From positions 260,338,001-260,402,000 of the forward strand of contig OZ024742.1 in NCBI GenBank assembly GCA_964016885.1: 64,000 bases of DNA. The letters run 5' to 3'. Positions 13,081 to 26,114 of this stretch are shown piece by piece. Each line of letters opens with the position of its first letter. The first letter of the stretch is position 1. Both the position numbers and the translations under genes were made by a program. The notes below the pieces were generated by a model. The model ran no database searches and was not told the DNA's origin. It worked only from the letters and a program-made list of their open reading frames with translations. The DNA is from Eledone cirrhosa. Its lineage: Eukaryota.

Positions 13081-14956
13081 AGAAAGAAAAAGTGAAAAAA
13101 AGTATGTTTATTCCTGGGTTCTCTCTCTATCACATACATAAACACTCTCACACACACACATACACATATCTATCCTGAATGAAACCAAAACAGAGATTAT
13201 TAGCGTTATATATTTTTTCCTAGCTTGCAGAATTAGTTTTTTCTACTTGGTAGCAGCCAGGTATGAGAGTTAGTTAATGTTTTGATGGCCCAGGTTATAG
13301 TTTGAGTTGTGAAACTACATCATCAAAATAGTAAGTAGAGTGTAGTGCAGTTTTGAACTTTTTTTATTCAGTAAAACTGTAAAACTTTAATGTCATGTTC
13401 TTTACAAAACTGTATTACATAATGTATGGGAGAAAACTATAATTCTTTTCCTGAGTTTTCACGTCAAGAGAATCTGATGTTATACTTCCTTCAAAACAGC
13501 AACATACATAGACAGTTTTATATATGGATCTTGAATGTGTGAAGATATTTAATAACGTAGGAAGGGTCCCAATCAACCATGTAAGATGTGGGTCCACTAA
13601 TATTTTTATCCACTAGAATATATGTTAATAGGGCATCTATTTATTTCTTTTGTATCCAATAGATATTTGACACTTTTCCAGGTTTACTGAGTGCACAAGA
13701 GAGGTTGTCATGTCTTTGACACAACTAAAAGGTCCTCCCAACCGTTTGTTTCGCAAGCTCTCTATCGCCAACCACTTTACAGCATGTACTGGGTGCATTT
13801 ATCATGTAGATCACCAACACTAGGGAGGCTCTCATGTCCTTGTCACAACTGAAGGGTCCCCACAACCCTTATTTTGGCACCCAACCCTTTAATATATATA
13901 TATCATGTGTGTGTTTGGGAATGGCAAGAGTTCCTCTAGACAAATTTTGTGATCTGGAATTGAAGAATAGTTTTTGTTCATTGCTTTTTCTCAGTTCTAG
14001 AAAACTCTGTGTATGAATGTAAATAGTAAAAATTAAATTAACCTCAAAAGGCTTGCTTAATATATAATGTAAGAGTTTCTATCACATTTTATCTCAATTT
14101 TATTAGATAGTCTTAATGAAGATACCATAAATTTTAGGTAACATTATAAACTTTTTTCTACAATTTCTTTTGTCAGCTAACACCCATGTTTTGTACATAT
14201 GATGGGCTAGCTGGCTGGATGGTAGGTTGGTATTCTTGTAAAGTGTCCTCATCATGCTGCTTGTTATTGTATGTGATGATGGATTGGTGTTAGAGTAAAA
14301 AAAACTGTAATGTTACATAACATCGTGCCAGGTTTGGCCTTCCAATTCATCACAGAATGAAGGATGTTTCTTTATACAACTCTTTGAAGGGTACAGCTGA
14401 AAAGATCCAAAAAAAGGAACAAATGTTTTGTAGAGTAAAGATATGTAGTTGAGGGAACTTGATCTTGGTAACTTACCTTCAATTATAAAATGGATCCAAA
14501 ATGGTTCTGAATGACTTTTGTTGCTTTTAATGATATTTAAACTCAGACTGATGTGATGTCATAGAAAATAACAGAAACAGTTCAGTTAGACTATTTTAAC
14601 AGCTGTCCTCCTCTCCTCCATCTCTCTAAATATACAATACCAATTGTTATAAAGGCATGAACTGTAAGAACATTGTGAGATACTTCTGTGCTTCCTTTTC
14701 TAAGTACAATAATACAATGATTGGAGCATCCAACCATGAAAATCATGTAGAAAAAGAGTTGAGGGGAATCTTTAGTCATGTGAAACATTTGACAACCTCC
14801 CTAGTGCCAGTGTCATGATAGAATGCACTCTGTAAAGTTGTTGGTATTATAAAGGGCATCCAGTCATACAAACCATGCCTAAACTGGAATGTATGTGAGA
14901 CATGATTCCACTCTCTCTCTCTCAATATACACACACACACACATATATATATATAT

Positions 14957-15050
14957 ATGGGGTGACCCAAAAATCACTAGACCATTTTAAAATATCGCTT
15001 TTTTTTAATATTAATAAATAAAAGGGTTATTATGTTTTGGGCCACCCTAT
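14957..15050. mobile_element. Tiny Tc1/mariner-like MITE in (TA)n
   Basis: Terminal inverted repeats GGGTGACCCAAAA / TTTTGGGCCACCC flanked by TA repeats. Confidence 0.6.
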
Positions 15051-15648
15051 ATATATATTTGTTTATTTCTATATTGGAGTGTGATTGGAAAATGTCCTAG
15101 AGCCAGAAATGAAAGTCAGGTCTACTTCTCTGTCCCTAAAGATGATGTTGCCAAACATCAAGGAGTTCTCTCTAGTTGAACACACCAGTTTCAGATAATA
15201 TTTCTTTAAATACTGGATAACAGTACAGCCAGTATTGAAAAACAGTACAGTTTTGAAAAACAGACAGTAGGTAACAGTTTGGCTGGCTTTGAAATAATGA
15301 TTCTTTAAATCCTGGATAACATATGTATATCTATATATTATGTGCATGTATGTGTGTATATATATATATATGCCTCCCCCATCCTATTCCCCATGCCCCA
15401 ACATACCCCCCTCCCCCACCCTATAGAGTAAAGAGGACCCTTCAGTCACTATATAAAATACACTCATCCAAAAGGTGAAAATATTCCCTAGTCTTCAGTT
15501 TTTTGGTAGTTCTCTAACTTTTTTTTTCATGCAGGATAATTTTTAAAGTTGAGTGGGCTTGTTTTCTGAAGTGATCTATGTTTCTTTCTATATATATGTA
15601 AATGTGTGTGTATGTGTGTAGATACTTGTATGTGTATGTACATATATT

Positions 15649-15689
<41 letters not shown>

Positions 15690-17824
15690 GTGTATGTATA
15701 TATATGTGTGTGCGTGTGTGTAGCAAGCAAGCAGGTAAAATGACAAAGTCATTAGAATGTTGGATAGAATTCTTTATGGTATTCATTCCACTTTCTGCAC
15801 TTTAAGTTCAAAATCCACCAAGGTCAACCTTGCCTTTCATCCTTTGGATGTTGATAAATAGTACTGGAGTTCATTCTTCCATTATCTTTTTCTCCTTCTC
15901 CCTCTCTCACTCTCTTTCTCCCTCACCCCCTTCTCTCTCTCTCTCTTTTGGAAGAAAACAGCTGTGTTCAGACCTGCAGAGGGATGGGCACCCATATGAT
16001 TTACGGGCTCATGTATGCATATAAATATACTATAACATAGGTTCATACATAAGCCATGTCTTAGCTTCATGTTAATTCTTTAAGCAAGTATTTTACTTTT
16101 TCTTTGGTGTATATATATAAGAACATAGTTTCATACATACTTCTCCATACTCCATACACACCCTTACGTCTAGCTCCATGTTAATTCTCTAACCAAGTGT
16201 TTTACAGCTATATTGTTTTAGAATGACATTACAACGGTGATTATTCTGCGTTTTGGACCATTTCCCTGCAGCAAAGCTCTGCAGTGTGCTGTTGCTATTT
16301 CACATCAAATAAATCTTTTTCAGGTTTAAAAATATTTACAATACAGCTGAATAAGCAAATATATTCGAGGTCCAAATGTAAGCTTGTTGATGTTTTAAAA
16401 TATTTTATTTAAACCTTTTTTATACCAACCTGGCCAAAACTGGCTCTGGTTCTATGAAACAAAACCACCCATTTTAAAAGATTCCTATTTAAATTTAAAA
16501 TCTTCCAACAAAATTTTATATAAGAATGATATGCTAAGTTACTACCTTAATAATAAAATAATTTGAGTAAATCCCTCAGAATTTCTCATTAATTAATTGA
16601 AATAGAATACATTATATGAGAAAACTTAGATTAAACAATATATTTTTATAATGCATAATTGTATATGTTCATTAATAAAGTACCAATAAATGATTGTATA
16701 GACCATCTTATGTTCAATATTCTTAATCTAGTTTCTCTCATAGAAATTTAAAGTTTAATTTATACTCTGTACTGTGTTTAGGTTTAAACTCTTAACAGCT
16801 TAGCCAGTAATGTTTTAACAGAAGATATCTAAAATCGAGTTTGTTTTTTAAAATGTGTATAGTTGTTTTACTGTTTGGCAGATAGTTGTGAAAATTTGCA
16901 GTATAAAGACTAATTTTTCATGTAATGCAGTCATTTTTTCTCAATGTCACATATAAAGGGTTAATTAGCTCTTAGGATCCTGTAATGATTTAGCAGAAAA
17001 TATCTAATGTTTACAGTAGTGGACGTATCGTTCTGAACATTTTCAGTAAACTAAAGTAAAAATTACTTATTAATGTGATGCAGCCATAGTATAGTCTTGT
17101 ACTTTTCAAGAATATTTTGCTAATGTAGTTTCATGTCTTACAGAATGTTGAATGTTAAACTCTGATTAAGAAATAAACTGCTATTGTTAAGTTTTCTTTA
17201 GTGCCAGTGTTTTTTGTTTAACTCTTAATGAAACCACATTAGCAAGACATTATTGAAAAGTACAAAACAGCCTTATGATTGCATCACATTAAAAATTGAA
17301 GTCTTTACTCTAATATTGAAATTTTTCACAATGATCTATCCACTAATAAAGATACTATAAACATTACAAATAAGAAACTCATTTTACATGTTTTCTGCTA
17401 AATCATTACTGGATATTAAGACTTAATAGACTGCTTTTAACTAATTAGATTTACCAAAATAAATAGAATCTATTAGAACATTATAACCATATTTACTTCA
17501 AATATTGAAAAATTGACCTTCAAATATTAGAAATTAAAATTTAAAATATATATTTGAATAGTAAAATGTTTTTATACATCGCAAGTCTTACATTGGATTG
17601 AACTCCAAAGATATATTTCATTTTCACTGAAATTGGTTTATTTGGCCAGTACACAATGGAGAGAGCAGTTGGTCAGTTGAACTCATGGAAACAGTTTTTT
17701 TTAAATCTCTTAAGTTTTGTTTTTAATATTTTCACTACTTAGTAATTTGTTTTATTTTTTGTTAAATTGTTCTAAATTGTACAGCCTAATTCAGAAGGAG
17801 AAAAAATTATTTAGTGATCCATAT

Positions 17825-17862
<38 letters not shown>

Positions 17863-18125
17863 AATAACTGTCTATTTTTTCAATATTTAACCTTTTTCAC
17901 AACAAACTGATGCTGGTTCCATGATACAAAATTGTCTGTAATTTTTATGCTCAAAACATTAGCTTGATAATAAGAAAGTTATAGATCCTCCAAATGCTTG
18001 ATTATTTTCAAAATTATTTGAAAACCATAGGCAGCATCTTTTCATTTTAAATACAGCAATGAAAATATTACATCTGAAGTGCTATGCTTCTGTAAGAGAT
18101 TTTGTGTGTGAAATCAAGAATGCCA

Positions 18126-18165
<40 letters not shown>

Positions 18166-18369
18166 CATTGCAGTCTTTCTAGTCTCTTTTTTCCTTCTGA
18201 GTTTGGTTATATTTTTAATTAATAACTAAGCCCTTCTTAGTCTGAGTACTACTAATTAATTTGATTAAGTTTATTAAGTCTCTTGTACCCCCCAAAAAAC
18301 TAAGTGATTGTTAAGAAGAACTGTATGTGTGTTGGTCAAATGTACACTAGCGACTGCTATCATTTTCAG

Positions 18370-18414
18370 GCCCTGACAATGACAATGATGGTACTGATGC
18401 TTCTGATAATAGCC
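18370..18414 (+). CDS. Candidate 45-nt phase 1-1 exon of the turtle/IGSF9-like gene (xPDNDNDGTDASDNS)
   Basis: CATTTTCAG acceptor and GTAAGA donor; open in phase 1, compatible with the phase-1 TM exon downstream. Confidence 0.5.
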
Positions 18415-19224
18415 GTAAGATGACTTCTTAAATAATTTTGTTATTATTTAAGTTTTTCTTTTTTTATTTTGCATTTGTGTCAAATTAATTATTGAATATT
18501 TCATAACTTGCTTGGCAATTCATTCTCCCTTCATATTTTCATCTCCATATATTTATTTTGTAAAACCTTAAGCTATCATTGCACAAATGGCTCAACTTTG
18601 TGATTTCATTAATTCTTTGGATACTAAACCATCTCTGGTTCTATGATACAAAACTGTGTCTCAAAGTGTTTACATCTACCTAAAGACTAAATATCATAAT
18701 TTTACATTAGAGCCTTTGTTGTTTTGTCCGAAATATCAACTTAATAATGAAAAAGTTGGTTATATTTCTAAATGATCCAAATTCTTGATTATTTTTAGAA
18801 TTATTTGAAACAGATAGACTATGTATTTCACTATAAATGTGGCAAGCTGGCAACCTAGGTTTGGCACTTATTATTCAGGTCATACTGCAAATATTACTAA
18901 TCATGCATTTTCTACTGCACAGCCCGCACAATGCTCTCCACCACTTTAGATATTACACATGGTGGACAAAATATATGCACAAAAACTTTTTTAAAAGGTG
19001 TGCAGTGAAAATATTTATACCAAATGAAAAGTAAAAGAAAGGATCTGACTGTTCAGCTTAAATCTTTTATTGAAGCAGAGTAAGAGAAGAAAAAGAAGAA
19101 GAATGAAATAAGTATGTGTTAATTGCATAATAATGAAATTACATGAAACATATATATATATAAGTCATCATCATCATCGTTTAACGTCTATCTTCCACGC
19201 TAGCATGGGTTACACGAATATGTG

Positions 19225-20030
19225 GTAAAACTTTCAACAAGAGCACTGGTGATATTATAATCATGACTGATGATTTCAATGGTCATGCTGTGAGGGCTTG
19301 TGTCCTTGGAGGCTTTGGATTCAATACAAGAAATGAGGAGGGTTTGAGGCTCCTCTAGATTTTGTTATGGTAATGGTCTGACTATTTGCAACACAAACTT
19401 TACTTGCCCTGATTCATGCTTATGACTAAGGAAGATGATTTAGAGACTGACAGCCTAGAAGAAAAGTGGAATTTCTCATGAGATAACCTTCTGAAGGCTA
19501 CTAACAAGGTCTGTGGTTGGTACAAGGCCTCAGGATCTTGTAAAATGATATGGTGGTGAAATAGAAGGGTCGAAGAGGCAGTTAAAGAAAAGACTGGCAA
19601 AATGTGGGAAGGAGAGAACAGTATTGAGAAGCTAGGTAGCAGGTATACTAATCTAAGAGGGAAGCAGATAACAAGAAGTTTGTGCATGTTCTGTACCGTG
19701 AAGACCATAGACATGAGATGTTCAGGATTGCAAGGTAGAATGTGAGGGAAAACCAAGATGCTGGGAAGAAATTAGTCCAAAAGGACAGTGGCTTTAGACC
19801 TGGTTGCAGCAGAGTGGATATGATCTTTACTGCTTGCTAACTACAAGAAAAGTGCCTGGAACAGAATATGGACCTATACACCACTTTTGTGGATCTGGCA
19901 AAAGCTTTTGAACTCCAAAAGCTAAAGTGCTCGCAGGTAAGACCAGGGAAATGCTACAAGGACTCAGTGGAAAAAACTTTCAAGAGCTGCAAAATCCAGC
20001 CATGATGTGTGGGATCTTGCTGCTCATATA
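19225..20030 (+). mobile_element. Degenerate RTE-clade LINE fragments (APE and RT pieces)
   Basis: Encodes DFNGHA, GGFGFNTRNEEGLRLL, LTICNTNF and GFRPGCSRVDMIFTA...LQEKCLEQNMDLYTTFVDLAKAF, with stops and deletions. Confidence 0.8.
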
Positions 20031-20036
20031 TATTGA

Positions 20037-20070
<34 letters not shown>

Positions 20071-20555
20071 GGCGTCTCAGTCATTGATGTTATTTAACTG
20101 GAAGGTTTGTTCAAATGAATATCAAGCCGCTACCTGCAGCCTCAGATATTCAGGACATGGAGGGTTCTTGCTGTTACCAGCAAGCATGCCTTTTGAAGTG
20201 TTCCCAAAAAGAAGGCTGGACTAATGTTCTTTAACCATCCTTGAAAACTCTTTGAGATAGTACCTAGTGCTCCTATAACAATCGGGACGACCTTGATCTC
20301 ATGACAGTCCTAAATCCCTTTTAACTCCCACTTTATATCCTGGTATCGGTTAATTTTCTCCTTCTCCTTTTCTTGCACTCTTGTGTCAAAAGGGCAGGCT
20401 TCATATACAATCAGGCACAATCTTTTTTCCTTGTCAAAACTCACCAGGTCAGGCCTGTGTTCTAATTTCTTATCTGTCTGTATCCTGAAATCCCATACCA
20501 CCTTCACTTCATCATTTTCTATCACCTACTCTGGCTTATGCTCATACCACTTCTC
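20071..20555 (-). mobile_element. Dong/R4-clade retrotransposon 3' end (restriction-like endonuclease), 3' junction in (TAA)n
   Basis: ORF 20310-20525 VVWDFRIQTDKKLEHRPDLV...EKEKEKINRYQDIKWEL continues as IKVVPIVIGALGTISK...LQKACLLVTARTL. It is followed on its own strand by (TAA)n at 20037-20070. Confidence 0.85.
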
Positions 20556-20563
20556 TATTATTA

Positions 20564-20753
20564 GTATCGGTATAGCGTCAGGCACCATGCTTTCCAGCAT
20601 AGAGTTACGTCACTTTGTGGTTTCAGTTCAAATCCCACCGAGGTTAACATTGCCTTTCATCTTTACTGTGTCGATAAAATAAAGTACCAGTAATGCACTG
20701 AGATAATTGCTGGCCTTGTGCCAAAAGTAGAAACAATTATTATTATCATTATT
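20564..20753 (+). mobile_element. SINE family A
   Basis: Same core and (ATT)n tail as 11157-11330. Confidence 0.75.
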
Positions 20754-21064
20754 AGGAAGACAATTGTTTGTGCCATTTGTGCAACAGCCATTCCTTTGTG
20801 CTTGTCTATTGTGCAGAAATTACAATTGCAGTTTTGTTCTTCCCCTCTCTCTCATATATATGAATGTTTCATTATTCTGTGTTTACAGGAATCTTTCCCA
20901 CCACCTCATCCTTTTCATATTTTTTATTTTGTTTTTTCCTTTGCAGATTCTTCATTTGGCTTCTGGTGTTTCCCATGTCTCTTTCTTTGCCTAATTTCTG
21001 CTTTATTCCATCTTAAATTCAGCTTTTAACTTATCTTTAATGTTGTTTTGTTTCAGTCTTGATG

Positions 21065-21101
<37 letters not shown>

Positions 21102-21102
<1 letters not shown>

Positions 21103-21322
21103 GGCTGAATCAGTAGAACGTCGGACAACATGCTTAGCGGCATAGAGTTACGGCCCTTTACATTATGGGTTCAAATCCCGCCAAGGTTAGCTTTGCCTTT
21201 CATCCTTACGGGGTAGATAAAATAAAGTACCAGCAATGCACTGGAGTCGATTTAATCGACTTTCCCCTCCCCCAAAATTGCTGGCCTTGTGCCTGTAGTA
21301 GAAACCATTATTATTATTATTA
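21102..21322 (+). mobile_element. SINE family A, near full length
   Basis: GGGTTCAAATCCCGCC box, core, CCCCTCCCCCAAAATTGCTGGCCTTGTGCC and (ATT)n tail. An inverted partial copy follows at 21358-21440. Confidence 0.8.
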
Positions 21323-22259
21323 TTGCTGTTGTTGTTGTTGTTGTCATTATTATTAACAGTTTTTAATTTTGGTACAAGGTCAGTAATTTGGGGGAGGGGA
21401 AAGTCAATTAAATCAGCCCAGTACTTGACTGGTACTTTCACATATTTATTTAGCCTCCTATGGGGTTATATCTCATTGAAGGTTTCTTGGGGGTTTTAAT
21501 GATAAAGCCCCCAGTCCTATAACATTGTTGTTATATCTCACACCCGTGCAACTTTAGTTTGCCTAGGTGTTTTAATGAAAAACAGCATGAAATAAAGCAT
21601 CTTGCTCAAGAACACAATATACCACCCATTAGCTTATGATTGTGAGTCCAACACCCTAACCACTATGCCATTTTATTGAGTTTTTCCATTCCTACCCCTA
21701 ATTGATGGCCTACAATTAGCCAAACTGTTAGAGCACCAAATTGTATTTGTTCCTGCTGTTCACTCTTTACCATAGTTCAGTTCAAATCTTGCTGAGATTA
21801 ACTTCGCCATTCATTTTTCTGGGTTGATTTCATTAACTTTCCCATCTTTCTTACCCCTCTCCTAAAAACATTGCTGTCCTTTTGCTTAAATCAAAAATTA
21901 TTATTATTATTGTTGTTGTTTTTGTGGTTGTTTTAAGCTGTTGATGTTTATTTTTGTAATGAAATTTTCATATTTAGTATTCTAATTATTATTTGTGTTC
22001 CTATTGTTGTTTTTGTTATTGTGGTTATTGTTATGCTCTGTGTTTTTTTTTCTGATCTAGTATATCTGACTGTGTCCCTTCCCTTACGTAGGAGCTGCTT
22101 CATTTACATTGCTAAAGGGCCTTGGGAAAGGCATGAGTATTTCAATGTCTCATTACTACTTTCTCTTCTAAGCAATTATAGTGTTTTTGCCTACGTAGTA
22201 ATATTATTGCTGTTGTTTTTGTCATTTGTTTTTTGCATTTGTGTTTATTACTGTACCAA

Positions 22260-22880
22260 TGAAGATGTATGGTTTATTGGGCTTATGATCGTAAAGTTGT
22301 AAGTTCAATTCCCTGACTGTGCAGAACATTGTGCCCTTCAGCAAGACACATAATTTTACATTACTCTAATTCATTCAACTGCAGAAAATTTATTGTACCT
22401 GTAATTCAAAGAACTAATCTTGTGAAGCATTGTGTTATGCTGAATCTCCCCTAAAATTATGTTAAAGGTACATATATCCAGATATGTGTAATGCCCAGCC
22501 ACTTACAATATAATACAAATTAAACTGTACCTGTAATTCTAAGTAAGGTCCAGCTATGCTACACACTGAATCATACTCAATCTCCTTGAAAATTACATTA
22601 ACCCTTTAGTATTTACATTACTCTATATATACTGTTGTATTTTTGCAGTAAAGGCTTTATCTTACATTATATCTCACATAATGTTGAATCTATGAGATTT
22701 TGATGTTATTTATTTTGAGAACAATACCTTATAGTCGGTATGAGTGCCAGTTACAGCCGGTTTGAACAGAAAGAGTTGAGAGAATTCTGGCCGGAAATTG
22801 TCGATTTTAATGCTAAAGGGTTAAAGGTATACATGTCAGTGGAATGCTCAGTTACTTACACATTAACTTCATCAGCGGGT
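22260..22880 (+). mobile_element. SINE family B with duplicated 3' part, interrupted by a piggyBac MITE
   Basis: tRNA-like head TGAAGATGTATGGTTTATTGG...GTTCAATTCCC. The segment TGTACCTGTAATTC...CTCCYYNAAAATTA occurs twice. Confidence 0.55.
22598..22824 (+). mobile_element. piggyBac-type MITE family 3 with TTAA TSD
   Basis: TTAA-CCCTTTAGTATT...AATGCTAAAGGG-TTAA; removing it restores the SINE sequence AATTACATTAAAGGTA. Confidence 0.85.
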
Positions 22881-23179
22881 GGTTTTGTTGTTGTTGTTGT
22901 TATTCTAATAGTAGAAATGACAGTTGTCAGTAATTCCCCTGTTTGAAGTTTATTTGTTAATATTTTGTTTGAGATCTGTGTGAATGTGTTTGTATTTATT
23001 AAAAATTATTATTTTGTTCTGAGAATAAATCAATTAATATGAAGCAGTGGATGGATTATTTCATTTTATAAGTCACAAGTACAGTTTTCTTTGTTCCAGG
23101 AATATAAAAAAAATTCTATGAGATACAACCGTGTAGAAGGCCAGCTAAACCTACATAAGTGGGAGTAACAACATCATAT

Positions 23180-23365
23180 GTGATAGCTACATGTAACTTA
23201 GACTACTTACCACATCATACATAATAGCTAATTTTACTACATATAACTTAGACTACTTACCATATCAGATTTGATAACTATCTTTACTGCATGTAACTTA
23301 AACTGCCTTCCATATTGGATTTGATAGCTATCTTTACTACATGTATTTTAGACTGCCTTCCATAT
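23180..23365 (+). repeat. 50-bp minisatellite (~3.7 units)
   Basis: ATGTAACTTA-like units start at 23191, 23241, 23291 and 23341. Confidence 0.85.
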
Positions 23366-23661
23366 GTAGGCTATCTGTGCATGTTTGTAAGTCAGTATGT
23401 GTACAAGTGTTTGCCAAAGAAGAAATAGAAAAGAGAAAAACAAAATCATTTAAATCTACCTCATGGTTATTGTTTTAAATATTTGAGTTATTTATCTACA
23501 TTAAACTGTCAATTTAATTTCTTATGTAATTATTACTTTCAAAATTAATTAAAACACAAAGGCAGTATACTTTTGTTAGAAATCTGATAATAGAATGGTT
23601 CAGGTTTAGGTTGAAACAGTTGAAATTGAGTTGTTGAATTACAGTATGAATGAACAAAGGT

Positions 23662-23885
23662 TTAACTCTTAATGTCCTGCACCACATGAAACCACATTAG
23701 CAAGACATTCTTGGAAAGTATAAAACAACACTATGACTGTATCAGCTTCAAAATTGAAGTCTTTACTCTAATAATGAAAATGCTCATAAAGATCTGTCTA
23801 CTAATAAAGGTACTATAAACATTTGAATTAACAAACCCATTGCTAAATATTTTCTGCTAAATGATTACAGGATTTTAAGAGTTAA
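23662..23885 (+). mobile_element. piggyBac-type MITE family 2
   Basis: TTAA-CTCTTAATGTCCTG ... CAGGATTTTAAGAG-TTAA (12/14 TIR match). Related copies lie at ~6361-6785(-), 16965-17160(-) and 17218-17426(+). Confidence 0.8.
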
Positions 23886-24028
23886 ACATTTTATAAATTA
23901 AAGTCAAAAGGCTGATGATTATAAACTCACAAAAAAGAAGCTGGAATGTAAAATTTTTTTTCCCACTTCTTATAAGATAAAGAAATTTCTATGTCTCCTA
24001 TATCATATTTCTCTTCTGTTTCCTGTAG

Positions 24029-24160
24029 TTTCAGCGTTACCTGTGCCAGCCATTGGTGGCATTGTTGGTGGCTTGGCTTTCCTGCTCATTGCTGTCATTC
24101 TCGCCATTATAGCTGTCATCATTAGCAAGAGAAAACAAAAGAAAAAAGCCAAAAAATATG
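24029..24160 (+). CDS. tutl: Transmembrane exon of a turtle/IGSF9-like single-pass adhesion receptor
   Basis: TTTCCTGTAG acceptor and GTAAGG donor; encodes SALPVPAIGGIVGGLAFLLIAVILAIIAVIISKRKQKKKAKKY (hydrophobic helix plus basic stop-transfer), resembling turtle/IGSF9 TM regions as I recall them. Confidence 0.8.
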
Positions 24161-24552
24161 GTAAGGTATTTGTCTCACAAGGTTTTCTTCAGTAAATGTT
24201 ACAAGCTTGAAATATTCATAATAGAGACATTTCTAAGAAAGAAGTATTTAGAATATAAAGTGCCATGAAAAAATGCACCCAGTACATCCTGGGCATCCCA
24301 TCATAGAAAACATGCCAAATATGGGCCCATCTGGTCATTGACGGTGGTAACCCAGGTAAAAATGGATGTAAAATGATGATATATATATATATAGTGCATG
24401 TGTATATATATATATACACACATGCACAATAGGTTTCCACAATCTCCATCTATCAGACTTTATTTTTTCTATATTTTTTGTAATATATATATATATGTTA
24501 TATTTACTTGAATTGCTATTCTATAATATGTATATTTTTTCTCTGTCACTAG

Positions 24553-24564
24553 ACAGTGGTTCAG
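24553..24564 (+). CDS. Candidate 12-nt phase 1-1 microexon (DSGS)
   Basis: TTTTTTCTCTGTCACTAG|ACAGTGGTTCAG|GTACAA; frame-preserving between the 24160 and 26905 junctions. Confidence 0.4.
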
Positions 24565-25367
24565 GTACAAATACTATTTTATATATTATGTCACATCACT
24601 TTTTACATATACTTCACCCTTTTCCTTACTCTATTAAACCAACTCAATAAATAACATCATCATCTTTTAATATTCTGTTGTACTAATGGTCCAATGCCCT
24701 CAATAATGATGCCAATAGCATTGAATGTATTTCATTTTGGCGTTCCATGATCAGTATGCCATATAATCCTAGATTATTTAATATATGAAAAAATCATACA
24801 AACTGGAAAATATTCATTTTGATAAATTAATGGTTTGCATAAGAGAAACCCAATCGTTTATGTTGATTACTGACATGTAGAAGTGATTAAAAATAAGCGT
24901 GATATTTTAATAATATATTTCTAGGATATAATTACATAAATGTACTCTATGTACAAATGACATACAGGATTAAAGGTATGAGTAATTTTAGAAAAATATC
25001 TATTTACAGGACATTATGACTGGAAAGCAAATTTCTTATTGTAGTAACATGATTAATATAGGAAATGCATTGTGTGTATATTTGTGTGTGTACACTTTAA
25101 ATAGTTTTAGACAGATATATGTATATATTTACCATCCAGTAAAGCAGTTTTAATACTCCAATTAGTAATATTATTATTACTACTATCATATATATATATA
25201 TATATATATAATAGTAGTAATATGCCCTTTACGTTCTTAGTTCAAATCCCACCGAGGTTAACTTTGCCTTTCATCCTCATAGGGTCAATAAAATAAAGTA
25301 CCAGTAATGCACTTGGATAATTGCTGGCCTTGTGTGAAAAGTAGAAACAATTATATATATATATTCA

Positions 25368-25579
25368 TAGAAGTAGTTCCACAACAGTTAAATCACCATT
25401 TCTGAGAACAATTTGTTTCACCTAAAATGGATCATCAGTTCAGTTTAAATGAAGATCCATTTGAGGTGAAACAAATTGTTCTCAGAAATGGTGATTTAAC
25501 TGTTGTGGAACTACATCTAACAAACTCGTCCTGTGGACTGAGTCGTCTACTACTATGGATATAACTCACTAGTGTTCTA

Positions 25580-25582
<3 letters not shown>
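25368..25582. mobile_element. (TA)n-flanked fold-back mini element with hammerhead-like core (Penelope-type 3' end)
   Basis: ~70-bp inverted arms at 25368-25437 and 25450-25519 plus a ~60-nt tail. The - strand reads CTGAA-CTGATGA-TCCATTTTAGGT-GAAA-CAAATTG-TT-CTCAG. A single-arm relative lies at 35362-35492. Confidence 0.65.
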
Positions 25583-25622
<40 letters not shown>

Positions 25623-25658
25623 TAGGAAGTGGTTAAAATAATATTTCTTTCAACATAT

Positions 25659-25702
<44 letters not shown>

Positions 25703-25705
<3 letters not shown>

Positions 25706-26114
25706 GATATTAAATAAATGGAAACTATATTTATAAAACCATATTTATTTCATTATATATATTTCAGGGATATCATATTAAAAATATGGTATGCCTTCAT
25801 CAGACAAAATACAATATAAACAGTCTTATAAATAGATAGATTTGACATACCTTACAACTTCAACTTCCATTTAAAAAGTTGATTTATGTCAAATCTATCT
25901 ATTTATAAGACTGTTTATATTGTATTTTGTCTGATGAAGGCATACCATATTTTTAATATGATATCCCTGAAATATATATAATGAAATAAATATGGTTTTA
26001 TAAATATAGTTTCCATTTATTTAATATCGTAAATATACTCCAAATACTTGTTGAGTGCTTTTATATCAGTTATAAATATTTACTCGTTGTAACCCAACAA
26101 TTTAAATAAAACTT

